A stretch of 34,127 bases of DNA. Source: a virus. The stretch lies in the IMG/VR virus record IMGVR_UViG_3300045988_034929, positions 1 to 34,127 of that record; one strand, 5' to 3'. Every line of letters starts with the position of its first letter. The stretch's first letter is position 1. This document shows positions 25,122 through 32,112 of this stretch, piece after piece. Made by a program: the position numbers and the translations under genes. The notes under the pieces are model-generated. The model was not told the origin of the DNA. It saw nothing but the letters and a program-made list of their open reading frames with translations, and did no database searches.

Positions 25122-25620
25122 GTTAGTACCGTTCATCCTACAGTGGGAGGGCGGTTTCGTTAATGACCCCGACGACTTAGGGGGCGCAACAAACAAAGGT
25201 ATCACTATAGGCACGTTCACCGAATACAAGAAGCGGAAGGGGCAAAAAGCCCCTACCGTCGACGACTTGAAAAACATATCTGATGCGGAATGGCACGATG
25301 TTTTCAAGTCCTTGTATTGGGATAGGTGGAAAGCCGATGAAATTAAAAACCAATCAGTAGCCAATATCTTAGTTGACTGGGTTTGGGCTTCCGGTTCGCA
25401 CGGTATAAAGCGCCCGCAACGTCTTTTGGGCGTCAAGGCGGACGGTATCGTAGGTAAGCAAACAATTGCAGCTCTTAACGCTATGGACGCGGCTACGCTC
25501 TTTAAAATGATTAAAGACGATAGAGCAAAGTTCATCGACGAGATATGCAAGGCGAGACCCAAAAACGAGAAATACCGTAAAGGCTGGATGAACCGTATTA
25601 ATGCGATACGCTATGAATAA
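25105..25620 (+). CDS. Endolysin: glycoside hydrolase family 108 with a C-terminal peptidoglycan-binding domain.
   Basis: N-terminal signature LQWEGGFVNDPDDLGGATNKGIT. The C-terminal LGV.ADGIVG..T......... region is typical of PG_binding_3. Confidence 0.9.
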   Translation: MANSSKLVPFILQWEGGFVNDPDDLGGATNKGITIGTFTEYKKRKGQKAPTVDDLKNISDAEWHDVFKSLYWDRWKADEIKNQSVANILVDWVWASGSHGIKRPQRLLGVKADGIVGKQTIAALNAMDAATLFKMIKDDRAKFIDEICKARPKNEKYRKGWMNRINAIRYE

Positions 25621-26191
25621 ACTACAAAAGATAATTATAGGCTTTGCAGTCCTTATGGTGCTGTTTGGTGCGGTAACCAAGATGGTAGACACCATAAGGA
25701 AGCAAAGAGCCGAAATAGGACGTTTAGAACGTAACGTTGAGGCGATGAACGATGCGCAGATAGAGTACAAAACAAAGCTCGGAGATGCGGCAGTGAAGCG
25801 TAAAGCCTTAGAGATGTCGCACAAGGAGCTAAAGAAGACGAACGCAGACCTATATAAAGAGGTGGACGCGCTTAACGTTCGGGTGAAGGATGCGCTTTCC
25901 GCAACCCGTACCGTTACCAAGACAGTAATAAAGGAGGTGGTACGTACCGATACCGTAGCCGGGGAGCTTATAGCGGAATACCGAGATGCCTGGAACACGA
26001 TACAAGCAAGGGTTAAGCAAGACAGCACAGAGTTAAGCTACCAAGGTAGGGACACAATAACGGGCGTTATCACAGTTCGGAAGAAAAAGTTCTTATTTTT
26101 CAGATGGGGGGTCAAGGCTATAGAGCACGACGTATCGAATAAAAACCCCAAAACTAAAGTAGATATAGACATAGTGGTGAAGCTAAAATAA
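25613..26191 (+). CDS. Spanin-like or lysis-accessory protein: N-terminal transmembrane segment plus coiled coil.
   Basis: MNKLQKIIIGFAVLMVLFGAV followed by a long coiled coil. ATGAATAA overlap with the endolysin stop. Confidence 0.5.
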   Translation: MNKLQKIIIGFAVLMVLFGAVTKMVDTIRKQRAEIGRLERNVEAMNDAQIEYKTKLGDAAVKRKALEMSHKELKKTNADLYKEVDALNVRVKDALSATRTVTKTVIKEVVRTDTVAGELIAEYRDAWNTIQARVKQDSTELSYQGRDTITGVITVRKKKFLFFRWGVKAIEHDVSNKNPKTKVDIDIVVKLK

Positions 26192-26196
26192 TTAGG

Positions 26197-26233
26197 AAAT
26201 GGAGGGCTGTTAACAGTTCTCCATTTTCGTTTA
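26197..26233 (+). terminator. Terminator at the end of the late/lysis module. Its loop contains the palindrome CTGTTAACAG.
   Basis: Stem AAATGGAG / CTCCATTT, 14-nt loop, T-rich tail. Confidence 0.6.
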
Positions 26234-26239
26234 CATTTG

Positions 26240-26466
26240 TTAACCACAGCTTACACAGTAAAAAATCGCTACTGTGTCGTTTTTTGTACACTCCTAACTA
26301 TTCATTATCAGCTACTTATCTCTATTTACACAGATACACAGATAAAAAGGGGTTAAAACATTATTCTGGAAAAAATAGCATTTACCACTATAGAACGGGC
26401 TGTAAAAACCACTATATCCGAAATGAAAGTTTATGAAAACATGTGTGTGTCTGTGTATGTGTAACG
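26240..26466. repeat. Copy 2 of the duplicated ACACAG element.
   Basis: Blocks 26240-26299 and 26326-26370 are nearly identical to copy 1. Hairpin plus T6 at 26253..26285. Imperfect (12/14) inverted partner at 26445-26458. Confidence 0.85.
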
Positions 26467-26578
26467 CCCGTCTCTGATTATCAGCACTTTAGCTCGCACA
26501 CGCACTTTCTTTACATCTTTTCACTTTTGATTAAGGTTTATTAGCACAAAAAGAGATACAACCTATTGGTATTTGCCG

Positions 26579-26586
26579 TATATTTG
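26579..26586 (+). promoter_or_regulatory. -7 box TATATTTG that would drive transcription into hairpin element copy 2.
   Basis: Same conserved context as 2661..2668. Confidence 0.5.
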
Positions 26587-26592
26587 CAATGT

Positions 26593-26800
26593 CAAAAGGA
26601 AACAAGGTTGTTCTTTACCGAAACTAAGAACACGATACCTTTAAAAGGAAAGTTTGAAAAGTGAATGGGATTCAGACACCGGGTTACCCAAAGACAAAGA
26701 AAAAACTAAGAGGTTGCTCTTTACCAAAACTAAGAGCACGACACCCGAAAGGGAAAGTTTGAAAAGTGAAAGGGATTCAAACACCGAATAGTTTTTTAAA
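26593..26800 (+). ncRNA. Candidate structured RNA of about 210 nt, second copy. Boundaries are approximate.
   Basis: Hairpins at 26609-26632, 26652-26677, 26715-26738 and 26757-26782. Short hairpins at 26638-26648 and 26744-26753. A T6 run lies at 26792-26797. Confidence 0.5.
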
Positions 26801-26840
26801 AAGAAAAGAGGTCACCAAGACATTAAACTGGAAATAACCG

Positions 26841-26873
26841 TGAACAAGTAAGAACGTAGATTTGTTATCATTG
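26841..26873 (+). promoter_or_regulatory. Promoter family member TGAACA-N18-TTATCATTG.
   Basis: Sequence match. The -7 box is imperfect (CATTG). ATG at 26900. Confidence 0.45.
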
Positions 26874-26899
26874 TATTAACGTATAAAACGAAGCGAAGT

Positions 26900-27124
26900 A
26901 TGAAAGCAATTGATTTAATTTTTAGCGAAACGCTGACCGCCGGTCAGTTCGAGATAAAGAGCCACGTATTAGTATTTATAGACGAGGCAGGCAACGAGTA
27001 TAGCGATACTTTTTCAGAGGTACGCCATAACGGAAGATTTGAGGAATACCAATACAACGGTATGGGCTATGTGCACATGCAGAACCTTTTAGAAGCTATT
27101 TTCTTAAATAAGGTTAACAAGTGA
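26900..27124 (+). CDS. Hypothetical protein.
   Basis: 74-aa ORF downstream of the promoter. Confidence 0.6.
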   Translation: MKAIDLIFSETLTAGQFEIKSHVLVFIDEAGNEYSDTFSEVRHNGRFEEYQYNGMGYVHMQNLLEAIFLNKVNK

Positions 27125-27154
27125 ACCAACGTATTTGCAAAAGCGTTATATTTG
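27122..27154 (+). promoter_or_regulatory. Promoter family member TGAACC-N18-TTATATTTG, with GTTAAC 3 nt upstream.
   Basis: Sequence match. ATG at 27181 with the conserved leader. Confidence 0.6.
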
Positions 27155-27180
27155 CATCAACAATTTAAAAAGATAAAGTT

Positions 27181-27456
27181 ATGGAAGAACAAAAGTTTAT
27201 TATCGAGGAAGTGAAACAGCATTTGCAGGCCAGTGCGAGAAAGAACAAATATCAAGTTATTGACGCAGTGCAGGAAATGCCGACGTTTGAAGGGTTTATA
27301 TTCTCTTATTATTCTCAAAGGCTGGACGGCGCCCAATTCCCCGTAGATGTTGAAGATATGTATATCAACTGTGACGAGTGGGAAGAGTTCTACAACGAGA
27401 CGGTAGTCGAGGTTGCCCAAGCCATTTTGGAAGCCGAACAAATCAAAGAAGCGTAA
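27181..27456 (+). CDS. Hypothetical acidic protein.
   Basis: 91-aa ORF. The overlapping minus-strand ORF is rejected. Confidence 0.65.
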   Translation: MEEQKFIIEEVKQHLQASARKNKYQVIDAVQEMPTFEGFIFSYYSQRLDGAQFPVDVEDMYINCDEWEEFYNETVVEVAQAILEAEQIKEA

Positions 27457-27488
27457 ATTAGTTATTCACCATATAAAAAGAAAAGAAA

Positions 27489-28091
27489 ATGAAGATTACA
27501 CCGTTAACAATCGATTTTGACGTTACAAACGCACAAGAAGTGGAATTTGTAAATGAACTCATGAACCGTCTATTTGGAAGCGCACCTCTTAAGGCTATGG
27601 CAGCGCCTACAGAAAGCCCCGTAACCAGTACAACCGTACCGACGTTTAGCGAACCTACGCAGACCGCTGCACCCGTACCGACGTTTAGCGAACCTACGCA
27701 GACCGCTGCACCCGTACCGGAAGCAAAGGAGGTGGCAGTAGCTATTGCAGAGGAAACAATAGCAGACGCTATCGCAGAAGTGAAAAAAGAAATTGGAAAA
27801 CCCGTGAAGGTTGAAAAGCCAAAGGCTGCAAAAGAAGCCCCACAAGCGACGATTGAACCCGAACCCGTACAGGCACCCACCAAAGAGGAGAAAGTCCCGG
27901 AAAAAGCCTCAAACGAGCCCCTAACGGCAAAGGACATGCAGGCGCTTATGATTGACTTAATGAAGTCCGGGAAAATCACGCGCCCTCAATTAACGGATAT
28001 TATGTTGGAGTTCGGCGGCGCGTCCCTTATGCGTATCAAGCCCGAAAAGTATGAGCTATTGAAACAACGTATTGAAACATATAACGATTAA
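27489..28091 (+). CDS. Hypothetical protein with a Pro/Thr/Ala-rich repeat linker and a Lys/Glu-rich region.
   Basis: 200-aa ORF containing a perfect VPTFSEPTQTAAP duplication. Confidence 0.7.
   Translation: MKITPLTIDFDVTNAQEVEFVNELMNRLFGSAPLKAMAAPTESPVTSTTVPTFSEPTQTAAPVPTFSEPTQTAAPVPEAKEVAVAIAEETIADAIAEVKKEIGKPVKVEKPKAAKEAPQATIEPEPVQAPTKEEKVPEKASNEPLTAKDMQALMIDLMKSGKITRPQLTDIMLEFGGASLMRIKPEKYELLKQRIETYND
27636..27713 (+). repeat. Perfect 39-bp tandem duplication (2 full copies plus 6 nt), in frame within the CDS.
   Basis: GTACCGACGTTTAGCGAACCTACGCAGACCGCTGCACCC occurs twice in a row. Confidence 0.95.
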
Positions 28092-28096
28092 AAAGA

Positions 28097-29275
28097 ATGA
28101 AAATACAAGTAGACCACACAAGTAGGGCACACGCCCTACTTTCCCCAAGTAGCTCGCACCGCTGGCTTAACTGCACGCCGTCCGCACGGTTAGAAGAACC
28201 CTACGAAAGCACGAGTAGCGCAGCATCAGAGGAGGGAACGGTAGCACATGAGTTGGCAGAGCACGCCATAGAAAAGTATTTGGCCGGGGAATACCTACCG
28301 CTATTGGACGAATTGCCCGTACCCCATGAGATACGCAACAACAAATACTACAGTTCAGAGATGGAACACTACGTAACCGACTACGTTTGCTACGTGTGCG
28401 ACATATACGAACTGGAGGAAGGTGCTAAAATGAGTATAGAGCGAAAGTTCGACTTAACCACATACGTACCCGAGTGTTTCGGTAGCTGCGATTGCGATAT
28501 AGTAGGCGATACGGTCCTAAACATCATAGATTTAAAATACGGTAAGGGTGTACAGGTAGATGCTGATGGGAATAGCCAATTAATGATGTACGCTATCGGG
28601 GTGCTTAACTCCCTAGAACCCTCGCACCGCTCAAAGATTGAAAAGGTACGTATGCACATCGCACAAGTACGTTTGGGCAATTACTCGGTGTTCGAGATGT
28701 CCGCACGGGATTTGACCCACTGGGCAATACACGTACTAAGACCTACGGCCGAGAAAGCATTTGCCGGACAAGGGGAAACCAAAGTAGGGGCGCACTGTAA
28801 GTTCTGCAAGTTTAAGGCGCAATGCCGGGCACAACGCGATGCACTGGTTAACGAGTTCGAGACCCACGGAGAAACCAAAGCCCTATCTCTGGAAGAAATC
28901 GGGGATATACTCAATAAGGCAGACATGTTTAGCGATTGGATATCATCAGTTAAACAGTTTGCGATGTCCGAAGCCTTAAGTGGTAAGCACGTGAACGGGT
29001 GGAAGCTCGTAGAAGGCAGGGCGGCCCGTGTCATTAAAGACGAAGCAGAAGCCTTAAAACGACTAACGGAGGCAGGTTTTGACCGGGAAACCCTTATTAA
29101 TACGAAGATAAAAGGCATCGGAGACCTGGAACGAACCGTGGGAAAGAGGCCGTTAACGGTTCTACTGGACGATGTAATAATTAAGCCCCGGGGCGCGCCA
29201 ACGCTCGCACCGGAAAGCGATAAAAGAGAACCGATACAGCCTACTTTAGATATGTTTGAGGAATTAAATTCATAA
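28097..29275 (+). CDS. PD-(D/E)XK (Cas4-like) nuclease of the DUF2800 family.
   Basis: N-terminal AHALLSPSSSHRWLNCTPS, EGTVAHELAE, D...DLKYGKG core, and a C-terminal cysteine cluster HCKFCKFKAQC. Confidence 0.8.
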   Translation: MKIQVDHTSRAHALLSPSSSHRWLNCTPSARLEEPYESTSSAASEEGTVAHELAEHAIEKYLAGEYLPLLDELPVPHEIRNNKYYSSEMEHYVTDYVCYVCDIYELEEGAKMSIERKFDLTTYVPECFGSCDCDIVGDTVLNIIDLKYGKGVQVDADGNSQLMMYAIGVLNSLEPSHRSKIEKVRMHIAQVRLGNYSVFEMSARDLTHWAIHVLRPTAEKAFAGQGETKVGAHCKFCKFKAQCRAQRDALVNEFETHGETKALSLEEIGDILNKADMFSDWISSVKQFAMSEALSGKHVNGWKLVEGRAARVIKDEAEALKRLTEAGFDRETLINTKIKGIGDLERTVGKRPLTVLLDDVIIKPRGAPTLAPESDKREPIQPTLDMFEELNS

Positions 29276-29289
29276 AAGAAGTTAATGAA

Positions 29290-29322
29290 AGAACCAACGT
29301 AACAAATTAGTTGTTATCTTTG
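29290..29322 (+). promoter_or_regulatory. Promoter family member AGAACC-N18-TTATCTTTG.
   Basis: Sequence match. The -7 box is embedded in the left arm and spacer of the 16-bp inverted repeat. Confidence 0.55.
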
Positions 29323-29352
29323 CAGCATCGAAAGAGAGATAACAACTAATTT
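29304..29352. promoter_or_regulatory. Perfect 16-bp inverted repeat AAATTAGTTGTTATCT-N17-AGATAACAACTAATTT. Either an operator or a leader hairpin.
   Basis: Arms at 29304-29319 and 29337-29352, verified base by base. Confidence 0.7.
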
Positions 29353-29367
29353 AAAAACAAAAAGATT

Positions 29368-29685
29368 ATGAGTACATTTAAATTCAACCAGGGAACAATG
29401 AGTAACGAAGAGCTTGACAAACTAACAAAGTTTTGGAATGAGAATCAATTCCGAACATGGAGTAAATCAGAGATTGAAGGAAGTTCAAAGCGCATGCAAG
29501 CTCTTTTTGTAGCCCTTAAGGAAGTGACGGAAGTAGAGCTGAAAATCATTTTAAAAATGAATAGCTACGAGATTATGAAATACCCCATCAAGTCGAAAGA
29601 GTATATAATATGGACGGCTAACAAAAAGGACTTGGAATACGCTCTTTCAATAACCCCAGAGACTTTTAAAGTTAAACAAGGTTAA
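29368..29685 (+). CDS. Hypothetical protein.
   Basis: 105-aa ORF with the conserved leader. Confidence 0.65.
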   Translation: MSTFKFNQGTMSNEELDKLTKFWNENQFRTWSKSEIEGSSKRMQALFVALKEVTEVELKIILKMNSYEIMKYPIKSKEYIIWTANKKDLEYALSITPETFKVKQG

Positions 29686-29690
29686 CAGAG

Positions 29691-29722
29691 TGAACAACTT
29701 ACAGATTTATTTGTTATATTTG
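29691..29722 (+). promoter_or_regulatory. Promoter family member TGAACA-N17-TTATATTTG, with GTTAAC 4 nt upstream.
   Basis: Sequence match. ATG at 29783. Confidence 0.55.
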
Positions 29723-29782
29723 CATACGATTTAAAAACGGAACGCCCGAACCGATTAGAGGGCAAAACAAAAATTGTAGAAT

Positions 29783-30322
29783 ATGAAAGCAATGATTAAA
29801 AACGTGAGATTGAGTTATGTTAGATTGTTTGAAGCGCAACAAGTCAACGGACAAGGAGAAGCAAGTTACAGTGTATGCCTATTGATTCCGAAGGATAGCC
29901 CGGAAGTTCCGAAGATTAAGGCAGCCATCGAGGCCGAGTTTTTAGCTCTTAAGGCACGTTACCCGAAGTTGAACGGCAAAGACCCGAAAGTATGGACTAA
30001 CCCGTTAAGAGATGGGGATGCCGAGAAAGACGGTGCGGAGTATCAAGGTTGCTACTTTATCAACGCAAAGCGCAAAGAGAAGCAAGGCGCGCCTATTGTA
30101 ATCGACGGTAAAAAACAGTACATCACAGACCCGAACGAGGTTTATAGCGGCTCCTGGGGTAATGTAGCCGTATCATTTTACCCTTATGAGTTTACCGGGA
30201 AGTACGGTATTGGTGTAGGCTTGAACGGCGTGCAGAAGACCAAAGACGACGAAAGACTGGACGGCGGAACAAGCATTGACGATTTCGATTTTGAAGACGA
30301 GAACGACGATTTATTCAACTAA
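29783..30322 (+). CDS. DUF2815-family ssDNA-binding-like protein.
   Basis: N-terminal VRLSYVRLFE.......YSV.LLIPKD and an acidic C-terminal tail (DDFDFEDENDDLF), as in T7 gp2.5-like SSBs. Located near the DUF2800 nuclease gene. Confidence 0.7.
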   Translation: MKAMIKNVRLSYVRLFEAQQVNGQGEASYSVCLLIPKDSPEVPKIKAAIEAEFLALKARYPKLNGKDPKVWTNPLRDGDAEKDGAEYQGCYFINAKRKEKQGAPIVIDGKKQYITDPNEVYSGSWGNVAVSFYPYEFTGKYGIGVGLNGVQKTKDDERLDGGTSIDDFDFEDENDDLFN

Positions 30323-30347
30323 CAATTCAATTAAACAGATTAATAAC

Positions 30348-30369
30348 TGGGCGGTGTAACAGCCGCCCA
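30348..30369 (+). other. GC hairpin TGGGCGG-N8-CCGCCCA with no T-tract.
   Basis: Seen in the sequence. An A-rich tract follows it. Confidence 0.3.
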
Positions 30370-30385
30370 AAAATAAAAAGCAAAA

Positions 30386-31489
30386 ATGGGAAAATACGAT
30401 TCATATGTAAACGCAGAAGGTGTTAGAATTTCAAAAGCGACGGGTAAACCGTTGAAAAAGTATAATAAGGTCAACAAGGCATATTGGGCAGCCCGTGAGG
30501 GCAAAACAGTAGCAGGGGTACAGCAACCCACCGAAGTAGTGGTAGACCCGGTAATAGCAAAATTGCAGAGCCTCTATACAGAGGAGGAGATAAAAGGTAT
30601 TATCGGTTTGAAGGAAGACAAGGGCGCGTTTGAACTCATCAACATTGTAGAAAAAACAAAGTCAAGCATAGATGACGGAAATACGGGCATACTGATTGCT
30701 TCGGACTTCCACATAGAGGAGACCGTAAAGGCATCAACCGTTTTAGGTCTGAATGAGTTCAACATAGATATTGCAGAGAAGCGCGTTAAGAACTATTTCG
30801 CGAACGCTATATACATGGTTAAAAAGCATTCTATAAATAATTTGGTAGTTGGTTTGCTGGGAGACTTCATAGGTGGCTATATTCACGACGAACTGGCGCA
30901 AACAAACAGCCAGACCCCAATGCAAGGAGTATCCACTATTAAATCATGGCTCATTTCCGGGCTAAAAGCGATGCACGACCAATTGCCCAACATTGAAAAG
31001 TTTGTTGTTGTCGGTATATGCGGAAATCATGCAAGAACTACGAAGCGCATGCAGTTTGCGAACGGCTTTGCGATGAATTTTGAGTATTTTTTATATAAGG
31101 ACATCGAACAAGCGCTTATCTTGATGGGTCTAACAAAATTTGAGTTTATTATTCCCGAAAGTGAATTTGCGTACCTGGATATATACGGTAGGAAAATTCT
31201 TATGTGCCACGGACACCAGGTTAAGAGTGCAGGAGGCGTAGGCGGTTTATTCCCACCGATGCTAAGATGGTTCGGAAAATTAAACCAGACGATTAAAGTA
31301 GATAAGGTTTTCCTGGGTCACTTCCACCAGTCTATATATACTAAAGAGTTTTGTGTGAACGGCTCTTTAAAAGGCTACGACGCATACGCATGCGGCATGG
31401 GGCTGGCATACGAAGAACCTAAACAGACGTTTGTGGTTCTCAACAAGAAGCGCGGATTTATCACATACACAAATATTTTTGTAGATTGA
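30386..31489 (+). CDS. Calcineurin-like metallophosphoesterase (candidate Mre11/SbcD-like nuclease) with an N-terminal extension of about 100 aa.
   Basis: Ordered motifs SDFH (DxH), GDFIGG (GD), GNHA (GNH), CHGH and GHFH (GHxH). Confidence 0.7.
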   Translation: MGKYDSYVNAEGVRISKATGKPLKKYNKVNKAYWAAREGKTVAGVQQPTEVVVDPVIAKLQSLYTEEEIKGIIGLKEDKGAFELINIVEKTKSSIDDGNTGILIASDFHIEETVKASTVLGLNEFNIDIAEKRVKNYFANAIYMVKKHSINNLVVGLLGDFIGGYIHDELAQTNSQTPMQGVSTIKSWLISGLKAMHDQLPNIEKFVVVGICGNHARTTKRMQFANGFAMNFEYFLYKDIEQALILMGLTKFEFIIPESEFAYLDIYGRKILMCHGHQVKSAGGVGGLFPPMLRWFGKLNQTIKVDKVFLGHFHQSIYTKEFCVNGSLKGYDAYACGMGLAYEEPKQTFVVLNKKRGFITYTNIFVD

Positions 31490-31490
31490 T

Positions 31491-31993
31491 ATGCTGACTT
31501 TTGAAAGAGCAAATGAACTTTTCCGCTATGACCCAATTAGCGGAAAACTCTTTTGGAAGCGCCCCATATCGAATAGGACACGGGCAGGAGACGAGGCTGG
31601 GACAGTGGTAAGACAAGACGGCTACAAAATAATACGATTAAGGGGGGGGGAAAACAAATATTTGTACATAGGATTATTGCCCTACTCGTATTCGGAGAGC
31701 TTCCCGAAAAAGCGCAGGTAGACCACATAAACCACACACGGACAGACAACAGACCCGTAAATTTAAGAATCGTAGCGCATTCAGAAAACGCCAAAAACCA
31801 ATCAAAGCAGATTAATAATGCGTCGGGCGTGTGTGGGGTGTATTTAGACAAGCAAACGAAGAGATACAAAGCCCAGATAGGGTCACGGGAGGGTAGATGC
31901 TTTTTAGGCTCGTTTAAGACTTTGGAAGAGGCTACGGCCGCGCGCCTGGAGGCAGAAAGAAAATACGGTTACCACGAGAACCACGGAATGTAG
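31491..31993 (+). pseudogene. HNH-AP2 homing endonuclease paralog whose reading frame is broken at a G9 homopolymer.
   Basis: Frame 1 ends at 31721. Shifting -1 at 31642-31650 restores ...GGGKQIFVHRIIALLVFGELPEKAQVDHINHTRTDNRPVNLR...GVCGVYLDKQTKRYKAQI...EEATAARLEAERKYG, which is collinear with 5653..6195. Confidence 0.8.
31642..31650 (+). repeat. G9 homopolymer at the frameshift point.
   Basis: Counted directly in the sequence. Confidence 0.95.
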
Positions 31994-31999
31994 AACGGA

Positions 32000-32043
32000 G
32001 GGCTATCAATTGTTAAATAATTGCAATTGATAGCCCCTTTTTT
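32000..32043 (+). terminator. Strong intrinsic terminator.
   Basis: 13-bp stem GGGCTATCAATTG / CAATTGATAGCCC, 11-nt loop, T6 tail. Confidence 0.85.
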
Positions 32044-32044
32044 C

Positions 32045-32074
32045 TTGTTTATCCAAAACATTTACCTACCTTTG
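32045..32074 (+). promoter_or_regulatory. Consensus promoter TTG-N19-TACCTTTG upstream of the DNA polymerase gene.
   Basis: Sequence match. Shares CCTACCTTTG.CCGT with 10037..10067. Confidence 0.6.
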
Positions 32075-32112
32075 CCGTTGTATTAGTATAAACAATTAAA
32101 ATCAAAGAAGTT

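Larger units (their letters stand above)
26556..26810 (+). repeat. Copy 2 of the duplicated hairpin-module element.
   Basis: Aligns with 2638..2890. Confidence 0.9.

Noticed and set aside
26424-26465. A 13-codon ORF (MKVYENMCVSVYV) inside ACACAG element copy 2.
   Set aside because: It is not conserved in copy 1 and has no leader motif. It overlaps the inverted-repeat arm and is almost certainly fortuitous.
30348-30369. The hairpin TGGGCGG-N8-CCGCCCA as a rho-independent terminator after the SSB-like gene.
   Set aside because: It is followed by an A-tract rather than a T-tract on the coding strand. It is kept only as a low-confidence structural feature.
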